Below, piece by piece: positions 38,438-50,908 of a DNA stretch of 64,000 nt. Position numbers and translations under genes: made by a program. This stretch comes from Microbotryum violaceum (lineage: Eukaryota): positions 62,001 to 126,000 of the forward strand of contig CDLV01000015.1 in assembly GCA_001244265.2 (NCBI GenBank), written 5' to 3'. The notes beneath the pieces were generated by a model that worked only from the letters and a program-made list of their open reading frames with translations, was not told the origin of the DNA and searched no databases. Each line of letters opens with the position of its first letter. Position 1 is the first letter of the stretch.

Positions 38438-40333
38438 TCAGTGGTGCAGAGAACGACTCTTCTCCATCTTCCTCACATCAGCAACGGCTCCTTTGAGTAC
38501 TCTACCCCATGCATCGCGTTCACGTCGACTGGTCAAGATGACGAGCCATGACTCCTCTCTTTCGGGTGACCCTTCAATCATCGCTATGCCAGTGACGGTA
38601 AGGACGAACTTGACATCCGCATCGTCCGTGGTCTCGCCCGGCGTCGCACTAAGCGTTTTTTGAACCCTTGTTGACGCCGTCAACCGAAGCCGACGGACTT
38701 CATTGCATACTTTTGCTGCGCCTTCCGCGAGCGTCGGAGCCGGGAACGCGTGCAGTGCGACCGCCGTCTTCCTCGGTGCGAGTGGCTCAGCCCGATTCGA
38801 GAGGGCGTACGTTGAAAGGACGAGATGAACAAATTGCAATTGCTCGATCGAGGGACGTGTCCCCAGATACTCCGAACTGGGGGTGGGTGAACTGACGTCG
38901 ATGGCAGACGTCGATCGAGTTAAGAGTAATAGACTGCAGAGCAGCTCTGGGATGCCTCCCGACGCTCTGTAAGATTTAGAAAATTGACATCAGGGTTCCT
39001 GGTTCCAGCGCAACAGAGTGCGGGAGTATCTCAGGTCCCGCGGGACCTACATCTCGCGCTGACTCGAATCCAGCTCGTCCAAAGTACAAGGAAACGACAA
39101 CAATCCCAAGTCTTTGGAAAACTCGACCGCCATCGTCTTGGGTCGAGCATCGCGGGAAATGAACGAGGTTGTACTTTCCCGCCGCTTCAAAGAAGCCTTC
39201 ATCATATTCGAGACCGGCGTCCTCATCCGGGTCCGTAAAGAGCGCGTCCAAGCTTGTTCCTTGTCTCCATATTCAGAGCCAAGCTCAAGCTCGCTTGAGC
39301 CGCTCGGAACAGGGGTTGTCGGGTCCGGCTGCCAGGGGAAGTGGGCTGTGGGGTAGTGATTGCTTGATGAGAATGACTCCGCAATGTCCGCATCGGATGA
39401 GGGAGGTACAGGCCATGTGAGCCTTTTCGAGGTGGAAACCCAAGATGTAGCCGAATCGGACGATGCCTGCTTGCGCAAGTTCGGAGGTCGCACTGTTGCA
39501 GTACTCGTCGAGGCGACAGGCCTTCGTGGTGTGACAGGAGTTCGTGGTGTGACAGGAGTTCGTGGTGTGACAGGAGTTCGTGGTGTGACAGGAGTTCGTG
39601 GTGTGACAGGAGTTCGTGGTGTGACAGTCGCTGAACGGTCAGAGGTGATGGAACTCGTCTCAGATGTGTCAACGACATTGCACGAAAACACTGGCTTGTC
39701 GGCGCTTGTTTTGATTTTGATGGGCCGGATCAATTTGGCGATGAAACTATCGCGAAAGGTGGACGCCTTGGACTGATCTGTCGGTGAACTGGGCGCCGAG
39801 CGTACGGTTTTGGAGATGATTGACGACAAGCTCGCACGATTCGGAGCGAGAAGTGGTGGTGGAATTGCTCTCGGCGTCTGCCCAGTCACGTTCGGATCCC
39901 GCATGAGGAACTCGATGGTGGGAGGGGGCGATTCGTCCTCGAAACGCAATCTTCCCGTCTTCCTGCTTGACTGCGAGGCTCGCTTCTCCTCCTTGGGCAA
40001 GAGGGGTTGCTCCATCCCTGCGGGCCCCCTCGTTCCTCTACCCGGCTTGAAGAACGGCCGACCCCAGGATTGGTCTCGAGACGTGTACTTGTACGAATCA
40101 TTCGAAGCAGAAGAGGGAGAAGGTACTCGCACCCGCACCCGCGCGCGAGGCGCGAGCCGCATCGGCGCCTCGTTCGGCGTGGGATGATCATCGATCCTGC
40201 TGAGTTGCGTTCGGCGAATCGACGCGCGACGAGATGCCCCCGCTTGAAACTGGGGTCCTCTTAGTCTAGAAATCTGAGAGTCGATGAGAGATTCGCTAGA
40301 TTCACGGTTCAAGCGTGTCCTCGTGGGCATCAT
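38438..40333 (-). CDS. Hypothetical Ser/Pro/Arg-rich protein with C-terminal PH-like domain; may start further upstream (about 40707)
   Basis: 428-aa low-complexity exon plus a last exon ending in a PH-type helix ([23 protein letters not shown]). Confidence 0.6.
39523..39627 (-). repeat. 18-bp coding tandem repeat (about 6 copies) encoding TPRTPV
   Basis: TTCGTGGTGTGACAGGAG repeated perfectly on the + strand. Confidence 0.97.
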
Positions 40334-40978
40334 CGATGCCGGGGCTCGGGACGGTACACCCCGCAGCGCGGCTTAAGGAGTCCTCGTGATTGCAAAGCTT
40401 CCACGGCCCGCGCAGTACGAGAAGGCGAGTGTAGAGGTTCAGATCAGATTTTGATGTTCGTGGTGCCGCGTTGAAGTAGTGATGGGCAGGATGGGGGAGA
40501 AGGAAGCGCAGGTATTCGTGTTGGTGCAGCCCCACTTTGAAACAGCGCAGCGTTACTTTCAGCACACGACGTACGGTCGTGGCACGGACCTCGAGCGTAG
40601 ACCGGCCGAAGGACGCCACACCGGCGGGTGGTCCGCACAGGAAATCCACTAGAGATCCGTGCTCCATTCCAGTCGCGCTCGTTAGAGACATATCTGACAC
40701 TGACATTGCAGCATCTCTTCGCTTCTCACGTCTGATCGGGTGCGATCTCTTGCCTGGCCGAGCTTGAGTATCTTCGCTCCAACAGGAAGACGGGCTAGCT
40801 ATTGCGAAATACAGCACCATTACAATACTCAACGAGAGAAAGAAGTGGTACACATCCCGCCTATTTTAACACCAAAACGGGTTTCCGCATTTTCGAAGCG
40901 ATTGTACTGAGGCTAACTGAAAACGCTTGTACGCGTCCAACGGCATTGGACGGCCTCGGCCGCGACAAGCGTTGGTGC

Positions 40979-42289
40979 TTACGTCCGACCGTCTGAACAC
41001 TGCAAAAGCCCATTGACCCTTTCAACAAGCTTCTCAAAGCCAGGCTCCTGGATAATGTTGTTGATCACGTTAAGTAAACTTGCATCGTCCAACTCAGCCA
41101 GCTCGTTTGCGCTTTCGATATCGCGGTGCTGATCGCCCTCTGCACGGACATCATTCCACTCGGAGTTGGGGCCGCGCGCGCTCGGCTCCTCTTCTGGGGC
41201 ACGCAAGGCTCCGCGCAACCGAGGCAGCATTCGGTCCAGGCGAGCCATCGAATCTGAATCGAGATGTAGATTCAAGCTCGAGGTAGGTGCTGGATCGGTC
41301 CCGCTTTGCTCCGCTTCCCCGGACACAGCCAACTGAGCACTTCGAACCAAATGCTGCGTAGAAGGCCAATTTTGGGCATGGCTTGAAGTCGGAATGGGTC
41401 GCGGCCAGGAGTTCCCCGCTGATTCGGATCGGCCGACGTCGGCTCGAGATGAGCCTGCCGCCAGGTAAACCTTTGACTCGTCGAGTTGATCAGCAGTGAC
41501 CAGGGTAGCTGGGGCGCAGGGCGTGGGAACGATCGGAGCTTGAGTGGTTCGAGTGTGCCGGATTGTTATCCGCGCCCTCGAGGACGATGGCTGCGTGTCG
41601 CTGCTCGGTTTAGCCGGAATCCAAGCCTTGGTCGCATCCAGGAATTGCAAGACCTCTTCGTGGTTCTCAAAGTTGAGTTGGAACCGCTTGATGCTGGCCA
41701 GCTTCCGTTCAGCGCTAAAGTACCGAATACCGACCATCGAAGCTTTGTAGACGGCTCTAATCGCGAGCTCGTCAGGCGGGCAAATAGCTTGGATTTGAGG
41801 TGACGCAAAGGAGGCGAGGTCAAGGTCCTGGTACATGAGGGTCGATTGTGTGGATTGGTTTGAATGCAGTGGCTGAAAGAGTATTCGCAACGTTGGACTG
41901 TCGGAGGAAGCGAAAGTAGAGCCGAGCGTCGAGGACGGCGTTGTGAGCTCGCATAACAGCCCCGGGTCCGAGCTGCAGTGAGCGGGCGGCTTCGTTAGCC
42001 TCGCACGCTCACTCAGAGCAATTGGCGGTACGATCGCCAGACATGTCGCCTTCTACACTCACCAGTGAACCCATTCGAGAGCTTGACGCTGGTTTTGTGT
42101 GCCTGTACTGTTGTCGCTTTGGTATCCACTAGTACTCGTGGTCGAGGACAGGATCGACGGGCTGGAGCACGGGCCTAATCTCGGAGCTGGGATGGTGATC
42201 GGTCGCTCCGAGCCCGCCGCGTACGCACACGAATACTTTTTAAGGCGCCAGGTGGTACGAGAAGTTGTATTCCTAGTCGATTCAGTCAT
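40979..42289 (-). CDS. REC114: Probable meiotic double-strand-break accessory protein Rec114/Rec7, two exons (intron 41973-42062)
   Basis: N-terminal WRLKKYS and EWVH, central VGIRY..KRFQLNF..FLD, disordered linker, C-terminal helix IIQEPGFEKLVERVNGLL; same order as the Rec114 signature motifs. Confidence 0.65.
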
Positions 42290-44252
42290 CTCAGCGTTGC
42301 TACCCTATGTGACGCATAGGGCTTGAGGATGAGGTAAGTGCCCATCTTAGGAGCGTCATCCGAGTCGCCTTCAAGGCGTTCCCGCGCCGCCGATTGGTTT
42401 TCCGGGGAGAAGGAAGGGTGGGTAAGCACGAGCACGGACCGCTTCTGCGCAGCTCGCTCATGATCGAGTTCAGACTCTCGCTGAATCCATGACTCCCCTT
42501 CCCTCGGGTTTGATTAGATTATAAAGTAAAACCTAACAGACAACTACCAAGGTAGGGACCGTTAGTCCTTTTCTATGTCTCCAATCGCAAGCCAATACCA
42601 GATAATCCCTCGGCTCGCTGGCTGCGCTGAATTTGCCGCTCCTCTCTCGATGTTGACGTGTGCACGAGAGAATTCGGCCATTTGAAGGCGTGCTATGGCA
42701 AATTTTCGACATCTAGGAAATTCCATACTTTGCACGATCATTCAGAATCATAAGAATTCCCACTGATCTACCGCCATTGGCCATTCAACACCAAGCGCTA
42801 AAGAACAGCTCCTAGGCGCTCTCGAGCGATCCTGTCTTCAAGAGGACAGTTGTTACACAGCGGTATTATGCTGCTTTTTCCCTCCAACACTCTGAGTGCA
42901 AGACCCTAAGGATTTGGCGCCTACAAAGGGTTGGCAATAACGTGCCGCCCAAGCTGTGACTCCGAGCCATTCTCTATTTCTCTTTCCGTCTCAACCTACA
43001 TTCCACCGGCGTCTTCGAAGCATCGGAGCATACGCTTACGCATGGTTCGAACAGATGTACACTATAAAGGTGAAGACGTTTATCGTTGGCTTCGTGTTGG
43101 CTGCCGCAATGGGGGTGACGCAACGCGGACTCCACATGAGTCGTGCGCTCCGCCATTGCAGCGTCGCACCGGCTGTCTCAGATTGGTGTATTATTGCTCA
43201 CTTCAGCATACCTCTATGACGCAGAAGTGTCTACTTCCACAACTAGAAATACTGTAGGTATATGCTAGATATGCGAGTATGCGCCGATAGGCCTGGTAAG
43301 GACGCGCTCATTGATATCAGGCTCCGCAGTAAATGCACTGCAGTCGCCATCGACTCCTTTCCGCATCTTTTGACCGGATTCGCAGCCTACCCCCTTGAAC
43401 ACCATTTTTCAAATATCCAAGTGATCCATGCTCCCGCCGACGCTATCAGCTACACTTCCTCGAGTGCCGTTCGAACTGCCAATCACATCGTCTAGACTGA
43501 TCCGTTGTGGACCGTGTGGGACATCAGTCAACGGGGCTGCTCAACCAGAGGTTACTCTTATTTCACCCGGTATAGCTGTTACGCTTAAACAGTATTAAAA
43601 GTGTTATGGCTGTGAACTATCTACCTCACTGAGCCAGCAATGACGCAAGGCTGACGCTGAAAATTTGCTTGGACTTGGCTTGCCCCAGCTCCGCGGCGTA
43701 TGAAGACAGTTGCCACCCTTCCTGCGCTACCAATCTCGACTGTTAGGAGAATTAGGTTTAACAGTGCTCGTAAAGCAGCTTATTTGGCAGCTGATATGAT
43801 CTTCCATGTCTGTAGTACCACATGGATTCGCCCCGGCATCGCGCCTCGGTGTTTTAACCAATTCTTCCGACTCGCCTCTTTTGCATCGAGGTTGAAGCTT
43901 GCCAAAGTAGATTTCAGTTTTAGAATAGAACTCATAATTTCATTTGGTTTTGGAGAGGGCCCAAGTGTCTCACTACCGAAGTCTCAATGGCACCTTACGG
44001 GCTGTGCAGTGTCTCGTAAGTAAGCCCGAGCAGCCGATTAAGTGGTCTGAGCGGCGAAGCCCGCGCCCCGAGTCTCGGACACAGAGCTCGGGATGCCGGG
44101 TAGGTTCAGCTGACCAGTCACGGGCACCACTTGCGAATCACGCACACCCTCTCTCCCCTGTCTCTGACCCACGCGAACCCGTCGATCAGCCCACCACATA
44201 CTCAGAACGCTGTATAGGACGCTATAGAGGCTTTGACGTGGCTCAATACACG

Positions 44253-47055
44253 ATGGATCAGACCCCGGTCGCCTCGACGTCAGCCTCGGCCTCGACTTCG
44301 CCGGCGCCGTTCGCGACGGGATCTGCAGCCCTGGAGGCGACGCATCAGCCTCCACAAGCAGTCCAATCTGAAGCTCCGACCCCTTCTTTCAGTGGCGCTC
44401 AGAAGAAGGCAAGCACTGGGACGAAGCGCCGCAAGCTGCCATCGTGCGATTCATGCCGGCTTCGTCGAGTGCTCTGCGTACCCGTGCCCCCTCCGGGTAG
44501 CTGCAGTCGATGCTTGGAAAAGGGAATCATGTATGTAGAACTTCATTTTGACTGGGCTCGGTACCTTCCGGCTGGATCAGCCTAGACCCGCAGCGTTCCT
44601 GCATCTGATCTCGAGCTTGATCGGCCCCACTACTGTAGATGCACAAGTACTCCGGTTATCAGGAAGAAGCCCGTGGGAAGGACGGGCAGGCGCATTGAGG
44701 AGGCACGGTCAGCTACATTCCGCCTATCACAATCGTGCGCACAAATGCTCTGGACTGACTTATTCTTCTCAATTCTGGATCAGAGCAATGTTTGGCGCCA
44801 CCGAGGCTGGATTTTCGAACTCGGCCCCAGCTGAAAATCAACCCTGGCTAGGCTCATCAACGTTTACCTTGGCCGAAAATTTTACCCCGATTCCCAGCGT
44901 TATGGGAGCATCTTCATCGCTGCCGACAGTTTCAGCCAACGATCTGGATTCTCGCCTCGGCCTGACCCAACTATCAGGCGAACTCGTCGCCCATCTACTA
45001 GGCCTATACCAAGCCCTTCCCCAATCCTGGTTGCCCCTACTTCCTCGGGCACGAATCACGACAATGTTCGAAGCGTCGGGGAGACGCCTCTCAAGCTTAC
45101 CTCCCCAAGCTGAGGTGCTCGCTTACACAATCATGGCCCTCACCTCACGATTGTCTTCGCATCCGTACATCCTCGGCGACGGACCGCCGGCGCCAGCGTT
45201 CGAGTCGCTCACATCGCAGAGCCTCAAGGAACGACTGGACCTGCAAGCCTTCGGTGCCCGGCGTGATGCGGTGTGCGAAAAGATGCGCGCCAAGGCGGTG
45301 CAGTTGGCATGGGAACGAGGCACGTTGGTCGAGGCCTCGGAGGAGACGATGGCGAGCTGCCACTTGCTCGACATCCTCGAGTCTCGTACCAACACCAAGA
45401 AGGGAGTGCCTTATGTCAGTGCCTTTGTGACGCACCTGCGGACGTTGCTTGACGAGCGAGACACGACCGGTGGAATGGGCAAGATCATTCATCAACCACT
45501 TGGGTGGGCGGCGCTAATAGTCAGTCAAGTGCATTGGACCTTGCAACGCGAGCAAAGCCTCGCCAGCTGATCTTCCTCTGAGTTTTCCAGATGCGAGAGG
45601 CTCTAGCGGCGCTAAGAACAGGCGGGCGCTCGCACTTGTATGTTAATGTATGCGCATATATCTTGCTTGGCGACCAACTAACTGGACTCTTCGAATCATC
45701 TGCCTGTCCAGCAACAGCATGGACGATGAAATCCTCGTCGGACCCGTGCCTCCGTCAATCGAGGAAGCCTTGCTTCAAACCGTCGATGACATCGATGTCC
45801 GAGACTCGGTATCGCTCTTCTTCCGGCCCATGCGACCTTACATGTACCATGTCACACGTCTTGCTCGCGAGTGCACGGACCGCGTGACGGGTAGTAAGTC
45901 GATCACTCGTCTTTGAAACTTTGCTCGTGCAAAAGTTTGAGAGTGCAATGAGCTGATATTGCCTAATCTATCCCCTGATGTAGCCTGGGTACGTAACCGA
46001 CCGCTCGACGAGGCTTTCGTCTCGAAGTATCTGGCGCAACTCGACTCACTCGAACGGCTGCTGCTACTGCTGTCGGAACGAATCGCATTCAGCCTCTCAC
46101 CGGCGGCAACAAGCGCGCATGCTTTGCCCGCTCCTTTTGAGACTGAGCGCCGGTACATCATGACTTCTTGCATCCACACCCTACGGCTCGCTTGGGCAAG
46201 CCTCATTCTCCCGCTCTGCACCGACCTCAAAAGACGCCTTTCGATGATGGAGGTCGGCACGATATCCCCCGAGCAACGGCGTACTAGAGATCGTCTTCTG
46301 CTGCTGCGGAGGCACGCCCAGCAAGGACTTGTCAAGGGAGCGAGAATGATTGCTGCCTGTTTGGACTCGCCGCCGAGTTTGGGCTACTTGACCCATGTTC
46401 AACAGGAGCGGATCGACAACTGGGCCGACGTGCTGCTCGACTCGACCCGCGACGATGACGTGATCAGCCAAGAGGAGCAGTTTTCGGATTTGCAAACGGT
46501 CAGTCTCCACAACTCGTTGCCGGCAAAGCTACAGCTTGGTCGAGGTGCTCACTGAATTCTTTCGTGCAGATTCTCGCCGGTCTCAAGATGATTGGCTGGT
46601 CCTGGCCCGACAATGCTCAGCTCATCGGATCACTCGAAGAGCGTCTAAATTCGATGGAGATTGGTGATTCTGGAAGGGCGCGAGCAGCAGCGATCACGTC
46701 GATCTCGACCCTTCAAGCAAGTGGGGTAGGAAACGCCGCCCAAGCGGGTGGGGACGACCTCTGTTCTTTTCCGCAATACCTCGCAACGCCTTCCCCTCCA
46801 CAAGCCAGCACAGGTCTTTCATCAGCCACATCAGCCACTCCGACGTGCAGTTTCTCTGCTTCGCCGGCGTCGATGGAATATGGCCCAATCGCCAACGTGG
46901 CTAGGTCTCCACCCGATCAGAGGATGGTCCAGCCCCTCCTCCCGCTGACTGCGGGAGTAGGTTCGGACCCGAGCTGGGGCTCGTTCGGCGACGAATTCAA
47001 CCAGATGCTTGAGGATGGGACGGGCATGAATCCGTTTTTGCCTCGATGGAGCTGA
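44253..47055 (+). CDS. Zn(II)2Cys6 fungal transcription factor, copy 1 (apparently intact), multi-exon
   Basis: KRRKLPSCDSCRLRRVLC-x8-CSRC-x6-C across an intron; middle homology-like region; acidic C-terminus; exons splice in frame. Confidence 0.9.
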
Positions 47056-47709
47056 TGAAAGGGGTCCTTGAGATTGAAGGCAAGTGGAATGCAACACACG
47101 TCAAGGTGGGCACGATAAGCGGCCCGAGGCTGTGCAGCTGGCGCCAGGCGATCGCGCGCAGGCCGCGGATTTGAGACAGAGATTTACCGACATCGACGGG
47201 TACGGTCGAGAGTAGGCCCCCGGGCGAACAGGGTACTACAGTGTGACCGGACATCGACGGCTCCATCGACGGCGGCGGCGCAATGGAGTCGGTGCTGGAA
47301 ATGCCGAGTTCAGACGGGCCTGACATGTCAGCACCAGAGTGTAAATTGAGCTTTGTGTTTTATTAGCTTCTGATCGTACTGAGTTGCCGCACGATCTGAT
47401 CTGCATCTGAGTCTCAAAGTGCTGATTCGAATTGCCCAGGCCGTCAAATTGGAGCTTGCCCGACTAGTGTCCCGGCTCACGCGCGGATGCCGCGGGAGCC
47501 GAACAACGAACTGAGTCGACTTGGACGGGTCACGGCAATTATTACATCGCCTCATCCCCACGGACTTACTTCACTCGTGCCGCGGGGATTCTTCCTCGAC
47601 CGTGCCATCATTCTGACCGAGTTCGGAGTAGGTTTGCGTTCAAGTCATCGCATCGAAGGGGCAGTCTTCTCTCCCTAAGTCCGCGATACCTCGAACTCAA
47701 CTCGTGAAG

Positions 47710-50468
47710 ATGGACGAAGACGCATCCATGTCCGCGTCGGTCGCGTCGACGTCGACATCTCCGGCCGCCTGCGCCTCAACTGCAGCGACCGGCACCGATT
47801 CCGATAGCTCCACTGCGCCGACACCTCAAGCTGAGTCACAAACACCTGCATCGCTTGCGATTAGCAAGAAGGCGCCTCTGGGAGGCAAGCGACGCAAGCT
47901 GCCGTCGTGCGACTCGTGTCGATTGAGACGGGTTCTCTGCGTGCCTGTGCCTCCTCCCGGAAGCTGCAGTCGCTGTCTGGACAAAGGGATAATGCAAGTA
48001 ATGGTCCCTTGCAAGCTGATACAATTTGTAGGTCTTGTGAATCTATCGGACTGACCTCCTTCCTGAACTGTGCGCCGGTAGATGCACAAGCACCCCGGTG
48101 ATTCGCAAGAAGCCCACGGGCAGGACGGGTCGCAGGATCGAGCAAGCGAGGTGAGCTACGGCTCAGTGTTTCTGCGGTGAAACTTTATCCTGATGTCCAC
48201 GCTGGGTACTAGGGCAACATTTGGCGCGATGGAGACAAGCTCGTTGCATTCGGCTCCAGTGGCCGACAGCCATGCCTGGCGGACTACACAAACTTCGTCG
48301 ACCCCACTAAGCCAGCCTTCGATACCTTCTAGCTCAAGAAAAGTTTTGTTACTGCCGAGCGTCTCGACCAAAGATCTCGATTCCCGCTTGGCTCAGACGC
48401 AGCTGTCGGGCGAGCTTGTGGCCCATCTCCTCGGACTTTGGCAGGAGCTGCCCCAATCCTGGCTCTCTGTGATTCCTCAAGCACGTCTTATGTCCGCGTT
48501 CGAAGAGTCGGGACGAAGGCTCTCTGCATTGCCGCCACAGGCCGAAGTCCTTGCTTACACGATCATGGCGCTTACTTCCCGACTGTCGTCGCATCCATAC
48601 ATCCTCGGCGACGGACCTACAGCGCCGGCATTCGAGGCGTTCACATCGCAGAGCCTCAAGGAACGTCCAGACCTACAAGCCTTTGGTGCTCGGCGCGATG
48701 CGGTGTGCGAAAAGATGCAAGTCAAGGCGGTGCAGTTGGCATGGGAACGAGGCACGCTGGTCGAGGCCTCGGAGGAGACGATGGCGAGCTGTCATTTGCT
48801 CGACATTCTCGAGTCTCGCACCGACACCAAGAAGGGAGTGCCTTATGTCAGCGCATTTGTAACGCACCTGCGGACATTGCTTGACGAGCGAGATACGGTT
48901 GGTGGGGGCGTGACAGGTCTTATGAAACACTCTGGATGGTCGGCTCTGATGGTGAGCTGCGTATTGGCTCGCCCTTCGATCTGCCGAATTTGTCCTGCAG
49001 AGGACCGCGCGCTAACATTAAATTTCCACATCAGATGCGAGAGTCCTTATCAGCACTTCGAATGGGTCGGCGATCGCATTTATAAGCACAAGCATGAATT
49101 GACCCTGTGCTTGGTGCTCAATTGAGCGCTCTTCTGACACCACCGGCCACTTCCCGTACTCCTCAGCGTCGACGCGGATAACGACGCCTTACTTCTCAGT
49201 CCGACACCCCTCTCGATCGATGTCATATCCAAAATGGAGTGGGGCGTGACCCAATGACCACATTTTATGGCTTGACGAATTCGTACATGTCCCACGTCGC
49301 AAAGATGGCTCGAGAGTGTTCCGAGCATGTCGCAGGTAGTGAGTATAAATGGTTTGATAAGAGTGGTTGGCGTCATTCTACTCGTTGCTGATCTCACTCT
49401 AGCGCACACGAATTCTTCAGGTTGGGTGCGAAATCGACCACTGGACGAAATGTTCGTCGCAAACTACCTGTCCCAACTTGACTTACTGGACCATCTCCAA
49501 CATTCCATTTTGGGCCTAATCCCGCTGAGCCTGACACCGGAGGCCACGAGGGCCCGCGCCTATTCCCATGACGCCGAGACCAAGAGCCGCTACATCATGA
49601 CGCTATGCAGCCACACGCTGCGCTTCGCATGGGCCGGGCTCGTGCTTCCGCTGAGCATTGAACTCCGACGGCGCTTGTCGCTCATGGACGTGACGGCGAT
49701 GACGGCGGAGAAGCGACGGACGCGTGATCGCTTGCAAGTGCTCAAAGGACATGCGCAACGTGCGCTCATGAAAGCCGCGAGGGGGTCGCGGCGTGCGTTG
49801 ATACACCGGCCAGCCTTGCGTACTTGACCCATATACAACACGAACGGATTGACATTTGGGCCGACGTGCTGCTTGATTTGGCGCACGAGGATGGCATCAG
49901 CCGGGAAGATAGGATTTCGGATTTGCAAACGGTGAGCTCACGCGATGTCTTTCGGCGCTCGCTATGCGCTGGCTGCTCATATGTTGTGTGTCCTTATCAG
50001 ATCCTCGCGGGACTAAAGATGATCGGATGGCCCTGGCCCGACAATGCCGAGCTCATCACATCGCTTGAGGAGCGACTACAAACGATGCGAATGGAGGATT
50101 CTCCACCCGCACGCACCGAAGTTTCCACACCCAACAACACCCAACAAGGGATCGAGGCCCAAACACCGGCCGTGCCGGCGCAGGAGGATCTCGGCCTTTT
50201 CTCGCAATACCTCGCTATGCCTTTACCATCAACTTCGAATACTGCACCGAATTTGCTTGCGTTCTCTTCAGACGCGATGAGCCACGCCTTTTCATCGAAT
50301 GAGATGAACGCATCATCGACGCACCTCTCGACGTTGCCGACCAATGTCGGACTCGGAGGAAGCGCAGCGCATTTGGACCCTGCTCAGTGGAGTACGTTCG
50401 GGACCGAGTTTACTCAGATGCTGGATGAAGGGTCGAGGTTGAGTGCGTTGGATTCTTCCTGGGTTTGA
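47710..50468 (+). pseudogene. Zn(II)2Cys6 transcription factor, tandem copy 2, disrupted in its 3' half
   Basis: Same exon structure as copy 1, but donor at 49082 reads ATAAGC, a frameshift gives TGA at 49255-49257, and a 1-nt deletion lies in the G run near 49781-49786. Confidence 0.75.
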
Positions 50469-50908
50469 GTGGGAGGATGAAGAGCGTTGTGCATATTGGA
50501 AGTCGTGTGTGTAAGTGTTGTATTGCCAAGATGTGACTGCTATTGTACCGAGCTCATTGTATACTCTTGGAAGGGGGAGCTGGTCGTAAATGGTAGCAAT
50601 TCCTGACGGATCTGGACTGAGTTTCGAGTAACGGGAAGAGTTGTATTGTTCACTCGGGAGTTGTATCAGGAGAGCCCCGGCCCGGCCTTGTTCTTCGAGT
50701 CCTGCCGAGGGTCCGTGCGCGGCGTCGTCGCGGCCGCGAGTAAAATGAGTGAAGCTCCTCTTGGCGCATCGCTCCTTTTCGCCCGTCGCCTCTCTGCCTT
50801 CGTCCGACCTCTGTCTCGGCTTGGCTGTTCTTCTCCTGTCGTCACTCCGACTCGGACGCCGAACCCGTCTCTAAGGCTCGATCAGTCTGTGCTCTCGTGA
50901 CCAGGGCG

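Noticed and set aside
39523..39627. His-rich peptide repeat (LSHHEL)n or CRISPR-like repeat
   Set aside because: Alternative frame of a repeat lying inside a 428-aa ORF; no spacers
46997..47326. 109-aa minus-strand ORF between the TF copies
   Set aside because: No recognisable motif or supporting exons; overlaps the 3' end of TF copy 1
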